A DNA stretch of 64,000 bases from NCBI GenBank assembly GCA_047601445.1, contig JASGJH010000001.1, forward strand, positions 1,248,001 through 1,312,000. The letters are read 5' to 3'. The notes beneath the pieces are model-generated. The model ran no database searches and had not been told where the DNA came from. It saw nothing but the letters and a program-made list of their open reading frames with translations. The DNA is from Myxococcales bacterium. Lineage in GTDB: Bacteria > Myxococcota_A > Polyangia > Polyangiales > DASUME01. Shown here one piece after another: positions 48,670 through 58,597 of the stretch; the first letter of the stretch is position 1; every line of letters starts with the position of its first letter. Made by a program: the position numbers and the translations under genes.

Positions 48670-48712
48670 CAGGGCCCCGCTGGGCCGTCGAGTCTCAACT
48701 GTTGGAGAGCAA

Positions 48713-49366
48713 ATGGATATTCAAGAGCGTTTGACCGCGTTTTCGATGCTTGGAGCCGCCTGGGTGATGTGGCTTCTCATCGGGCTCTCCGTGATCGGTC
48801 TGGGGATTATCCTCGAGCGCGCTTACTACTACCTGGCCTCGAGCGACGACTATCGGCGCCTGCGTGACGACCTCTTCCCGCTCATCCGCAAGGGCGACCT
48901 CAGCGCAGTGGGGCAGCGCCTCGAGAAGTCGCGCTCGCTCGAAGCCAAGGTGCTGTCGGCGGGTCTCGATTGGTCGGACAAGGGTGCCGAGGCTGCCGCC
49001 GAGAGCATGGCGGGCGCAACCCAACTCGCGCGCTTGAACATGGAACGCAACCTCGCGTTCCTCGGCACCGTGGGTAACAACGCGCCGTTCGTGGGACTGC
49101 TCGGCACCGTCATCGGCATCATCCGCTCCTTCCACGAGCTCAACGCGACCCAGGGCAAGCTGAGCGACACGCTGATGTCGGAGGTCGGTGAGGCGCTGGT
49201 CGCCACGGCCATCGGCATCTTGGTGGCCATTCCCTGCGTGGCTTTCTTCAACTTCTTCCAGCGCGTGATTCGCGCGCGCCTCGGACAGGCAGAAACCTTG
49301 AGCCGCGAACTGCTGGCTTACTTGCGCTCAAAAGAGGGCACTGCAAGCCCCAGCGCGGCGGAGTGA
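48713..49366 (+). CDS. MotA/TolQ/ExbB proton channel protein
   Basis: APFVGLLGTVIGI, GEALVATAIG; GGAG RBS. Confidence 0.93.
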   Translation: MDIQERLTAFSMLGAAWVMWLLIGLSVIGLGIILERAYYYLASSDDYRRLRDDLFPLIRKGDLSAVGQRLEKSRSLEAKVLSAGLDWSDKGAEAAAESMAGATQLARLNMERNLAFLGTVGNNAPFVGLLGTVIGIIRSFHELNATQGKLSDTLMSEVGEALVATAIGILVAIPCVAFFNFFQRVIRARLGQAETLSRELLAYLRSKEGTASPSAAE

Positions 49367-49372
49367 ACGGCC

Positions 49373-49810
49373 ATGGCTGGTAGCTCGAGCGGCGGTGGCG
49401 ACGACGAGATGATTGCCGGCATCAACGTGACCCCGTTGGTCGACGTGGTGCTGGTGCTCTTGATCATCCTGATGGTCACGGCGCAGTACGTGGCCGACAA
49501 AGACTCGATCCCGATGGAGCTTCCCAAGGCGGCCAGCGGTGAGAGCGCGGGACAACCCTCGACGCTGTCGGTTTCGATCGACAAAGACGGTCGGTTCTAC
49601 CTCGACGCTCAAGAGCTCACTTTGGAGCAGATGCGCGAGCGTGTACGGGCCGCTTACGCGAAAGATCACGATACTCGCGCGGTGATCGCGGCGGACGGCC
49701 GCGTGAACCATGCCATGGTTGTGAAGGCCATCGATCTCCTGCGTCAGGAGAAGGTGACCAAGTTCGCCATCAACGTGCGCCCGGAGGACCTTGCGAGCAG
49801 TGGCAAATGA
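49373..49810 (+). CDS. ExbD/TolR family protein
   Basis: INVTPLVDVVLVLLII (essential Asp present), LPKA, IAADG. Confidence 0.93.
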   Translation: MAGSSSGGGDDEMIAGINVTPLVDVVLVLLIILMVTAQYVADKDSIPMELPKAASGESAGQPSTLSVSIDKDGRFYLDAQELTLEQMRERVRAAYAKDHDTRAVIAADGRVNHAMVVKAIDLLRQEKVTKFAINVRPEDLASSGK

Positions 49811-50642
49811 TGTTGGACAGCGCGCACCCTGGGTAGGTTCGGCAGGCCTTCTGCTGAGCCTGGGCGTGCACGCTGCAATCTTTGCTGCGCTCGGAACCTT
49901 TCGTCTCGATCCGCGCGCGGAGGCGGCGGTCCCGGTGGAGATCAGCGTCATGGAGACGCCCCCTCCCCCGCCTCCGGCCCCCGAGCCCGAGGTAGCGCCG
50001 GCGCTGCCCGAGCCAGAGCCAGAACCCGTGAAGCCGCCGCCCCCGCCCAAAGTGCGGGAGCACGCGCCCAAGCCCGTCGAGGTGCCGCCACCGGAGCAGG
50101 CGACACCCCCGCCCGCCGCCGCGCAGCAGGAGACCATCGCGGACTTCAGCGGCACCACCCTCACGGGCGAAGGCCAGGGGGGATGGCTGAGCGCCGTGGG
50201 TAACGGCGGCGCCATGAACGCCCCCATCGGCCGCCCCGGGGCTCTCGTCACCGGTCGCAACCGCGACGGGGTGGCGGCCGGCGGCGTCATCGACGGGCAA
50301 GGCGGAGTAAGGCTGGTGGGCGAGTCGGATCTTTCGCGGCGCCCCGAGCTGCCGAACGATCGCTTAAACGAAGCCCTCGAGCGCTACTACCCGAAGGCCG
50401 CCCGCCAGCAAGGCATCGAAGGAGTGGCGTTTATCAAGCTGCGAATCCTGGCCAACGGCAAAATGGAGCCGCTGCGCAAGGAGGGCCTGGCCTCGGCCGA
50501 TACCTGGGGCTTCGGGGATGCCTGCATGAAGGCGGTGAAGGAAGTGGCCCAGCAGCATCGTGTGGAAGTGCAGCCCCTCGATCGCCAGGGCCAGCCGGCC
50601 GCGACCGAGATCCGCTTCAAATGCGACTTCACGGTCCTGTAA
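49800..50642 (+). CDS. TonB-like energy transducer
   Basis: TM with SxxxH (SLGVH), Pro/Glu-rich linker, YYPKAARQQGIEG TonB_C motif; GTG 49800 overlaps the exbD end. Confidence 0.88.
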   Translation: MANDVGQRAPWVGSAGLLLSLGVHAAIFAALGTFRLDPRAEAAVPVEISVMETPPPPPPAPEPEVAPALPEPEPEPVKPPPPPKVREHAPKPVEVPPPEQATPPPAAAQQETIADFSGTTLTGEGQGGWLSAVGNGGAMNAPIGRPGALVTGRNRDGVAAGGVIDGQGGVRLVGESDLSRRPELPNDRLNEALERYYPKAARQQGIEGVAFIKLRILANGKMEPLRKEGLASADTWGFGDACMKAVKEVAQQHRVEVQPLDRQGQPAATEIRFKCDFTVL

Positions 50643-50799
50643 GGGCCGGCAATCCGCTGGGATAGCCGCCTGCGCGGTTGCGCGCGCTCACGTGCGTCAT
50701 GCAATATTCCGCTCGGAACGAGCCGGGGGTTGAGCGGGTAGCGCTGGCTCCCTCGCCTCGCGTGCAATCCGCGCGCGCGCCGACTCGCCCGAGCCCATC

Positions 50800-52933
50800 A
50801 TGACCATGCGACGCTTCTTCCTCGTCCTCTGCGCAGCCGTCTTGTTCGTAGCCGGTTCGGCCTCCGCGCAGGTCAGCAAGCAAGACTTCTCCACCGTCCG
50901 TTTCTATCCGTCCATCGGCGTAGGCAACTACATCGGCCTCGACGGCGCGACGGTCGGAGGCCATCGCCACACGTCGTACGGCGTCTGGCTGGACTACTCG
51001 GCCGACACGCTCAAGGTGGACGACCCCTGCGACGGCATTCCCAACAAGGTGGGCCGCTGCGAGAACAACTCCACCTCCTTCGTGCACCGCACGGTCCTGG
51101 CGCACCTGACGGGCAGCATCACGCTCAAGCGTCGCACCCAGAATCTCCTTCGACCTTCCGCTCGGTGGCACCGACACGGACCTATTCTCCACCCGCATTT
51201 CGGCCGGCACCGCCAACCCCACGCTGACCATTCAGCCCAAGCAAGGCTTCGGCTTCGCGGACGCACGACTGGCCGCCAAGACGCGCATCTGGGCCACCCC
51301 CAACGACGAGATCCGCTTCGCGGCCACCGTGTTCACCACGCTGCCCACGGGCATGATCACCAGCCACGGCAACTGCCAGGATCCCGACAAGTGCATGTAC
51401 CTGGGCGAGCGCGGTGTGCAGGCAGGTGCCTACGGCATCGCCGAGTTCGCGCGCGGTGACTTCCGCGGCGCCGTGAATTTCGGCGGCGACTTCCGCCCCC
51501 ACCGCACCTTCCTCACGGCCGAGACCGGCCCGGAGATCCTCTACGGCGTCGCCGGTGCCTACACGTTCACACCGCTCGTGACGGGCAAGGCCGAGCTAGT
51601 CGGCGCAGCCAGCATGAAGGGTCGCGACTACCCTCTCGAGGCGCGCGCCATGGTGGGCATCGGCGACGACCTGGTGTTCAACCTGGGAGCCGGCGCGGGC
51701 TTGGTGGGTGAGGTCGGCAGCCCCAGCTACCGCATCTTCGCGGGGGCGCAGTGGACGCCCGTGCACCGTGACCGCGACCGCGACGGCCTCGACGATCGCG
51801 TAGACGCCTGCCCCAGCGAAGCTGAGGACCAGGACGGATTCATGGACTCCGACGGCTGTGTCGATCCGGACAACGACGGCGACGGCATCCCCGACGAGAA
51901 GGACGGCTGTGACGATGAACGCGAAGACATGGACGGCTTCGCGGACGACGACGGCTGCCCCGACCCGGACAATGACGGCGACGGCGTACCCGACGGCTAC
52001 GATTCCTGCGAGGGCGAGAAGGAAGACCTGGACGGCGACCACGATGACGATGGCTGCGCCGACCTCGACGAAGATCGCGACGGTGTGCGCGACGCCATCG
52101 ACAAGTGCCCGAACTCGCCGGAGGACAGCGACAACCTGGGCGACGAAGACGGCTGCCCCGAGGTCGATTTCGACGGCGATGGCGTGAAGGACGAAGAGGA
52201 CGCCTGCGCCGACACCTCGGAGGTCTGGAACGACATCCTCGACGGCGACGGCTGCCCCGAGGACGACGAAGACGCCGATGGCGTCCCCGATCAGCTCGAC
52301 CAGTGCCCGGACCAGGGCGAAACCCTGAACGGCAAGAACGACCAGGACGGCTGCCCTGACGGCCCCATGACCATGGTGCTGCAGGGTCAGAAGCTCTTGC
52401 CGACCGCGACCCCGGCGTTCGACGGCAACGTGCTGCGCGGCCAGTCGTTCTTGGTGGAAGCGGTCACCGACTACGTCAAGCGCAACCACAAGCGTGGCTC
52501 GGTGAACGTCGTGCTGATTGCGCCCGCCAACGACCCGCACGCAGCGGCGCGCGCTCAGGAGCTCGCCAATGCGTTGCACAAGCGCTCCGGACGCACGGTG
52601 ACCAGTCTCCACTACCCGGGATCCCCCGTGCGCTTCGAGATCGAGTTGGTCCCGCCGGGCTTGAATGCCCTGCCACGTGCGGCCCCGCCGCCAGCGGCCG
52701 CTCCGGCGACCCCACCCGCGTCTCAGGGGCAGCCCGCGGCGCCCGCTACTACACCGCAACCCGGGGAAGCCCCCAAGGCTGTCCCGGCAGCGCCCGCAGC
52801 ACCCACGCCGGCGGAGCCAGTCAAACCCGCTGCTGACGCCCCCAAGGGCGGCGCCGCGGCGCCCAAGCCGGCCCCCAAGGCCAAGCCCAAGGCGGCCCCG
52901 AGCGAGCCGCCCGCGGCTCCAGCGACCCCGTAG
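50800..52933 (+). CDS. Outer-membrane beta-barrel / TSP3-repeat / OmpA-like protein (TraB-like architecture), +1 frameshift at 51142-51143 (about 710 aa when repaired)
   Basis: Signal peptide ending ASA-Q; removing one A joins ORFs 50800 and 51329 via QISFDLPL...GFADARLAAK; amphipathic beta strands; Asp-rich repeats; Pro/Ala tail. Confidence 0.82.
51770..52363 (+). repeat. Six 33-codon thrombospondin type 3-like Ca2+-binding repeats
   Basis: DxDxDGxxDxxDxCxxxxExxxxxxDxDGC unit repeated six times in frame (99-nt period). Confidence 0.9.
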
Positions 52934-52977
52934 TCGCTTTCTGGACGCTGCAGGGAGCCCGGCGGTAAGGCCATCGG

Positions 52978-53601
52978 GTGCCGTTCACGAAGTCCACGCT
53001 GTACCGGCTGCCCCAGCGGCTCATGTTCTCATCGCTCTTGGCGCTGGGTGCGTGCGTCACCGATCCCATCGGCGATGAGGTGGGCACCTACCGCGTCACG
53101 ATGTCGCTGGTGTCGAACTCCTGCGGGGCGGCCGCCGTCAACTTGCAAGATGGGCACAGCTACACAGCCCAACTACGCGTAGACGGCGACCAGGCCTATT
53201 GGCGCCTGCCCGGCCAAAAGCCAATGGGCGGCACCTACGACGAAGGTCACTTCAGCTTCGCCTATTCGTCGGCAGTGGCCAAGTCGGCCCCGGACGCGGG
53301 CACCTTCTGTCAGCTGATGCAGGACGAAGTGCTGGAGGGGGCCGTCGCCCTCACGCAGGACGACGACGCTGGGATCGATGGCGGGGCCACCGCCAAGAGT
53401 GCATCCACGGACGACGACACAGACGACAGTGACGACGCCATCGAGGCCCCCGAGTCGGGACTCGTGGGTCGCCACATCTTCACCATCAAGGCCGCCGCCG
53501 GCACCGATTGCGCTGCCGCGCTCGCGCCCGAAGGAGCCTTCGATCGCCTGCCTTGCAGCGTGCGCTACGACCTCAAGGGCACGGACACCAAGTCCTTCTG
53601 A
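52978..53601 (+). CDS. Hypothetical lipoprotein
   Basis: Lipobox LGAC; four further Cys; internal Asp-rich linker. Confidence 0.72.
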   Translation: MPFTKSTLYRLPQRLMFSSLLALGACVTDPIGDEVGTYRVTMSLVSNSCGAAAVNLQDGHSYTAQLRVDGDQAYWRLPGQKPMGGTYDEGHFSFAYSSAVAKSAPDAGTFCQLMQDEVLEGAVALTQDDDAGIDGGATAKSASTDDDTDDSDDAIEAPESGLVGRHIFTIKAAAGTDCAAALAPEGAFDRLPCSVRYDLKGTDTKSF

Positions 53602-53646
53602 TCGTCGCCCCGAGCCGCATTTTTTGGGCTCTTTCGGGCCCGCGGG

Positions 53647-55413
53647 CTACTCGCTGATCGCGGTGAACTTACCGGTCGCCTCGGCCTTCGGGCCGCTGTC
53701 GGCACCCACGCGACGCTCCGCCACCACCATCAGGTTGGGCGACTCCTGGCCGAAGAACACTCCTGGCACCGCGTCACGGCCCGTCACTTCGATCACCCGG
53801 AAGCCGGCCGCATGCAGCATGGCCCCGATCTCGTGCAGCGAATAGAGCCGCAACGAGTACTCGTGCTCGAGCTGCTTCCCGCTGTCGATGATCACCGTGC
53901 GCTTCACGTGGAGGCGCGAGGTGAAGAAGTTGAACTCGCTCTCCTCCATGCAGATGCAGCCGTCGCCCTCGAACCAAACCAGGTTCGGCTGCGAGCGAAT
54001 CACGTGGTCGCGGTTGACCACGTCGAGCAGTAGCGTGCCGCCCGGCTTGAGCGCGCGATGGAACCGCTCGATGACCTTGCGGTTGGCGTCGTCCTCGAAG
54101 TAGCCGAGCGTGGTCCCGAGGCACGTGACCGCGTCGAAGCTGCCCTCGAAGTTCATCTCGCGCATGTCAGCGTGCAGGAAGTTGATGCGCATCCCGCGGC
54201 TCTGCGCCTCTTCGGAGGCACGCGACAGCATGGCCAGGGAAAGGTCGAGGCCGACTCCGAGGTACCCGCGCGCCGTCAACTCGATGACCGGTAGGCCCAG
54301 GCCGCATCCCACGTCGAGCAAGGTCGCGCCTGGCTTGAGCCGCAGGCGTCGCTCGAGGAAGTCGCACTGCCGAGCCACTTGAGCGGGCGTGGGCGGGCGC
54401 ACGGTGCGCAGGTAGTCGTCGTCGAAGAACACTTCCCACCACGGATGGGCACGTGGCTTGGAAGGCCTGAGCTCCTGAACCCGCGCGCTGCGCGTCAGCG
54501 CCTTGAGGTCGGGTGGCTCGGGCATCGAAATGCGGCCCATGGGCGGTGGCGGCGGCGGCGGCCCCATCGAACGGCGGACGCTCGCGTCGTCGCCACTGGG
54601 CTCGGCCTCCATCTCCTCGAGCTCTTCGAATTCGCCGGAGGGACGCCTGTCGTCGCCCTCGAGTTCCTCCTCGGTTCCCTCGAGCTCCTCAGTCAGATCG
54701 TTCTGGGTGGGCGCCCCGGAGTCGTTGCCGAGCTCCGCGTCCACCTCGAGATCGTCCTCCTGGGGCCCGCGCACCTCTGGCTCATGGGAAACCATGATTT
54801 CGAGCTCGGGGGGCTCGATGCTCGCGGGCGCGTCTTCGGTGCCGCGCAGCAAGGCCGGGGGCGGAGGCGTCGAACGCTCGAGGACGTGGTCGGCCTCCTC
54901 CTCGTCACCCATGCTGAGTTCGGGATCGGAGAGGTCGCTGTCTTCGTCGTCCTCGTCGTCTTCTTCCCCAGGCTCCTCCGCGTGGACTTCGTATCCGCCG
55001 TCATCGGCCAGCTCGAGCGGATCGAGCGGCTCCACCTCCAGCGCGGCGTAGCCGTTACCCGAGTGCTCCGTCGGGAATGGGTCCGAATCGCGCTGCCCAG
55101 ATTCCTCGAGCTCCACGGGGACCGAAGACACCGGTGCCGCCACGGGCGGAGGCACGCTGACGATCGCCGGCGGTTCCGACGACTCGCGTACCTCGGGCGG
55201 AGGTGGCGGCGGATCAGAAATCACGCGCACGGGCCGCGCGACCACCACGCCGCCTGGCGGAGGGGGTGGTTCGGAGAACATGCCCTTGAGGGTCCCGCCT
55301 ACATCGGGATTGGCCGTCAGGGCGGCCGGAATGCCAGACACGAGACTCGCGCGCTGCGTCACGTCCGAAACCGGCACACGCAAGGGCGCTGGTCGAGTCT
55401 CGTGTTCGCTCAC
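53647..55413 (-). CDS. Class I SAM-dependent methyltransferase with long acidic disordered N-terminus
   Basis: LLDVGCGLG, GLDLS, ADMRE, FDAV, LKPGG in the C-terminal part; GTGA overlap with the psd stop. Confidence 0.88.
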   Translation of the reverse strand: MSEHETRPAPLRVPVSDVTQRASLVSGIPAALTANPDVGGTLKGMFSEPPPPPGGVVVARPVRVISDPPPPPPEVRESSEPPAIVSVPPPVAAPVSSVPVELEESGQRDSDPFPTEHSGNGYAALEVEPLDPLELADDGGYEVHAEEPGEEDDEDDEDSDLSDPELSMGDEEEADHVLERSTPPPPALLRGTEDAPASIEPPELEIMVSHEPEVRGPQEDDLEVDAELGNDSGAPTQNDLTEELEGTEEELEGDDRRPSGEFEELEEMEAEPSGDDASVRRSMGPPPPPPPMGRISMPEPPDLKALTRSARVQELRPSKPRAHPWWEVFFDDDYLRTVRPPTPAQVARQCDFLERRLRLKPGATLLDVGCGLGLPVIELTARGYLGVGLDLSLAMLSRASEEAQSRGMRINFLHADMREMNFEGSFDAVTCLGTTLGYFEDDANRKVIERFHRALKPGGTLLLDVVNRDHVIRSQPNLVWFEGDGCICMEESEFNFFTSRLHVKRTVIIDSGKQLEHEYSLRLYSLHEIGAMLHAAGFRVIEVTGRDAVPGVFFGQESPNLMVVAERRVGADSGPKAEATGKFTAISE

Positions 55414-56267
55414 TTGGCCTCCCGAAGCGCCACCGCTTGTCCCATCCGCACGGTCGCCCCGGCTTTCACGGCAAACCGGAAGCGATGCTCAGGTCCGAGC
55501 AGGACGATGGCGGTCGAGCCGAGGTGAAAGCGACCGATTTCTCCACCGCGCGAGAGCGTGGTGCCGTTCTCGCCGAATTCGAGCGTCTGCGCGGCTTGCC
55601 CGCGATTCGTGACGATGCGCGGGTCGAAGCTGACGCTGATGCGCCCTACGCCGATCGCCCCCACCATGATGGTGGCGGTCTCGCCAAAACGCGACGCCTG
55701 CACCGTGACCACGCGCTCGTTGCGCGCGAACAGCTTGGGCACATATGTAAGCCCGATGCTGTTGACCGGGTACAGGGTGCCGTCCACGTGGCGTGCGCGC
55801 CGCACCCGACCATCGACCGGCGCGTGCACGCGGTGATAGTCGCGGGGCGAGAGATACACGATGAAGAAGGTCCCGCCCTGGAAGCGCGCGGCCTCCTCCG
55901 GTGCTCCCAGCAGCTCGCCGACCTCGTACTCGAAGCCCTTCACCATGAACCGCGCATTGGGCTCAATGGTGCCGAGATCTTCGATACGACCGTCGGCCGG
56001 GGAGACCACCACGTCGTCGCGCATGTCCACCGACCGCATGCCAGGACGCAAGGCGCGGGTGAAGAAGGCGTCGAACGAGCGATAGCCGTCCGGCGGGACC
56101 ACCGCCTCGCCCATGTCCACGTCGTAGACCCGAGCAAAGGTTTGGATGGCCCCTCGCACGAGTGGAGGGGGAGCGGTGATGTCGGCCAGACGGCCCATCA
56201 CACTGCTGAGTTGCTTTCGCGGGAGGACGCGCAGCAGTTCGGCTGCGACGCGGGAGGCGGTGGACAT
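55410..56267 (-). CDS. psd: Phosphatidylserine decarboxylase proenzyme
   Basis: FFTR, SPADG, YLSPRDYHRVHAP, RNER, self-cleavage motif FHLGST. Confidence 0.95.
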   Translation of the reverse strand: MSTASRVAAELLRVLPRKQLSSVMGRLADITAPPPLVRGAIQTFARVYDVDMGEAVVPPDGYRSFDAFFTRALRPGMRSVDMRDDVVVSPADGRIEDLGTIEPNARFMVKGFEYEVGELLGAPEEAARFQGGTFFIVYLSPRDYHRVHAPVDGRVRRARHVDGTLYPVNSIGLTYVPKLFARNERVVTVQASRFGETATIMVGAIGVGRISVSFDPRIVTNRGQAAQTLEFGENGTTLSRGGEIGRFHLGSTAIVLLGPEHRFRFAVKAGATVRMGQAVALREAK

Positions 56268-56342
56268 CAGGGCAAGCTTCGCAAGGTTTTCGGTTATCTC
56301 CGGAAAGACCCTTCCAAGCAGTCTTTCCGGTACGTAACCCGC

Positions 56343-56371
56343 ATGCTACCGACGCCCTTTTTCAGCGTCAA
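56343..56371 (-). promoter_or_regulatory. Putative sigma70-type promoter of psd-methyltransferase
   Basis: TTGACG-N17-TAGCAT. Confidence 0.6.
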
Positions 56372-56402
56372 ACCCTAAATGTTTACGGCAGGATAAACGA
56401 GT

Positions 56403-56780
<378 letters not shown>

Positions 56781-56914
56781 CTACCGCCCCATTTTTTCCG
56801 ACGCGTTTCGCATCCGTGAATTCGGGGAAGGCAGCGGTCATCCAACGGTCCTACTTGATGCCGTAGAGGGCCCAGAATGGCAAGGCCTCAGCAATCGCTT
56901 ATGCTCGGCCCCCC

Positions 56915-58579
56915 ATGGCTTCCATCATGACCGCCGTACGCGATCTTGAACGCCTTCGTCAGATCGTTGGAGTCCTCGTTCGGCACGGTTTTGGGGAAAT
57001 GGTCCAACGCACCGGCTGGGGTGCCCAGCTGGGGATTGGCAAGAAGGACGCCGACAGCGACGAACGGGCGATTAGCCCGGCCGAGCGCATCCGGCTCACG
57101 CTGACCGACCTAGGCCCATCCTTCGTCAAGCTGGGTCAGATCATCTCGACCCGACCCGATTTGGTGCCCCAGGACGTGGTGGAGGAGCTCAAGAAGCTCC
57201 AGGACGACGTTCCCCCGGTTCCGTTCGAGCAACTCAAGCCGCTGCTCGAGCTGGAGCTCGGCGCCAACCTCGAGGACATCTACGACGATTTCGACGAGAA
57301 GCCGATGGCCTCGGCGTCCATCGGCCAGGTCCACCGCGCCAAGCTCAAGGTACCTGGCGGGACGGCCCTCGACGTGGTGGTGAAGCTGCAGCGCCCGAAC
57401 CTCAAGGACACCATCGAGCGCGACATCGACCTGCTCTACTGGATGGCCAAGGCCATCGAGCGCTCGATCCCCGAGAGCCGCCCCTACGCGCCCTCGCGGC
57501 TGGTCGCCGAGTTCGACCGCGCCATCACCGCCGAGCTCGACTTCACCCTCGAGTCGGAGAACGCCGAGCGCTTCGCCCGCAATTTTCGGGATTTCGACCC
57601 CGGCGTGGTGCACTTCCCCAAGGTCTACAAGCAGGCCTCCAGCAAGCGCGTGCTGACGCTCGAGTTCTTGCCGGGCAAGAAGGTGCTCGAGGCGGTCGCG
57701 GCCGGCGCCGACGGCGAGAAAATCGCGAAACACGCCGTGGCCATCATGATCAAGATGGTGTTCGAGGACGGCTTCTTTCATGCCGATCCTCACCCGGGCA
57801 ACATCATCATCCAGGGGACCAACGAGAACCCGCTCATCGCGTTCATCGATCTGGGCTTGGTCGGCCGGCTAACGCCCCAACTGCGCGACAAGACCGTGGA
57901 CCTGATGGTGGCCGCCGCCGGCGAAGATCACCGCGCCATCGCGGACGCGTTATGCGCCATCGGAACGCCCACCAAGAAGTTCGACCGCCGCGAGTTCGAG
58001 TCGGAGGTTACCGTGCTGGCCGACCGCTATATCGGCAAGCAGCTAAGAGAGCTCGAGCTCTCGGGACTGTTGCGCGACCTGATCAACGGAGCCGTGAAGT
58101 ACGGCTTCGAGGTGCCGCCCGATTTCGTATTGGTGGGCAAGGCCGTGATGACGGTGGAGGGCATCGCGCGCCAGATCTGCCCCCAGCTCGACGTGTTCCA
58201 GGAGGTGAAGCCCTACTTCCTGCGCCTGATGTGGATGCGCTACTCGCCGGAGAAGCTCAGCCAGGAGCTGATCCGGAGCATGTCGCGTCTGGGCGGCGCG
58301 GCTGCGGACATGCCCCTCCAGGTCTCAGAGATCCTCGAGGACCTGCGGCGCGGGGAGCTGGCCCTCACGATGAACGATCAGGGCCTACCGGGAGCCCTGG
58401 ATCGCCTCGGACGTCGCGTCTTCAGCGGCCTCGTGGTGAGCATGTGCCTGGCATCCGGGGCCTACTTGGTCGGCCAAGGCCACACGGCCCTGGGGGCCGT
58501 CCTGCTCAGCATCAGCTCGGTCTGGGCGGCATCTCACACGGCACTCGTGACCTGGCTTGGACGCAAGCGCAGGACTTGA
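56915..58579 (+). CDS. AarF/ABC1/UbiB family atypical kinase
   Basis: KLGQ, ASASIGQVH, VVKLQRP, FHADPHPGN, IDLG; two C-terminal TM segments. Confidence 0.93.
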   Translation: MASIMTAVRDLERLRQIVGVLVRHGFGEMVQRTGWGAQLGIGKKDADSDERAISPAERIRLTLTDLGPSFVKLGQIISTRPDLVPQDVVEELKKLQDDVPPVPFEQLKPLLELELGANLEDIYDDFDEKPMASASIGQVHRAKLKVPGGTALDVVVKLQRPNLKDTIERDIDLLYWMAKAIERSIPESRPYAPSRLVAEFDRAITAELDFTLESENAERFARNFRDFDPGVVHFPKVYKQASSKRVLTLEFLPGKKVLEAVAAGADGEKIAKHAVAIMIKMVFEDGFFHADPHPGNIIIQGTNENPLIAFIDLGLVGRLTPQLRDKTVDLMVAAAGEDHRAIADALCAIGTPTKKFDRREFESEVTVLADRYIGKQLRELELSGLLRDLINGAVKYGFEVPPDFVLVGKAVMTVEGIARQICPQLDVFQEVKPYFLRLMWMRYSPEKLSQELIRSMSRLGGAAADMPLQVSEILEDLRRGELALTMNDQGLPGALDRLGRRVFSGLVVSMCLASGAYLVGQGHTALGAVLLSISSVWAASHTALVTWLGRKRRT

Positions 58580-58597
58580 GCCCGCCGGGTGCCGGCG

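Noticed and set aside
50643..50799. Riboswitch or sRNA between tonB and the barrel gene
   Set aside because: No cobalamin, TPP or other riboswitch consensus recognised by eye; a covariance-model search would be needed to exclude it.
51770..52363. Periodic repeats as a CRISPR array
   Set aside because: In-frame 99-nt coding repeats conserved at protein level (TSP3), no identical DNA repeats with unique spacers, no cas genes.
56878..56893. Possible sigma54 promoter TGGCAAGGCCTCAGCA before the ubiB-family gene
   Set aside because: GG-N10-GC spacing is right but the -12 element is poor, and a TATGCT -10 explains the region equally well.
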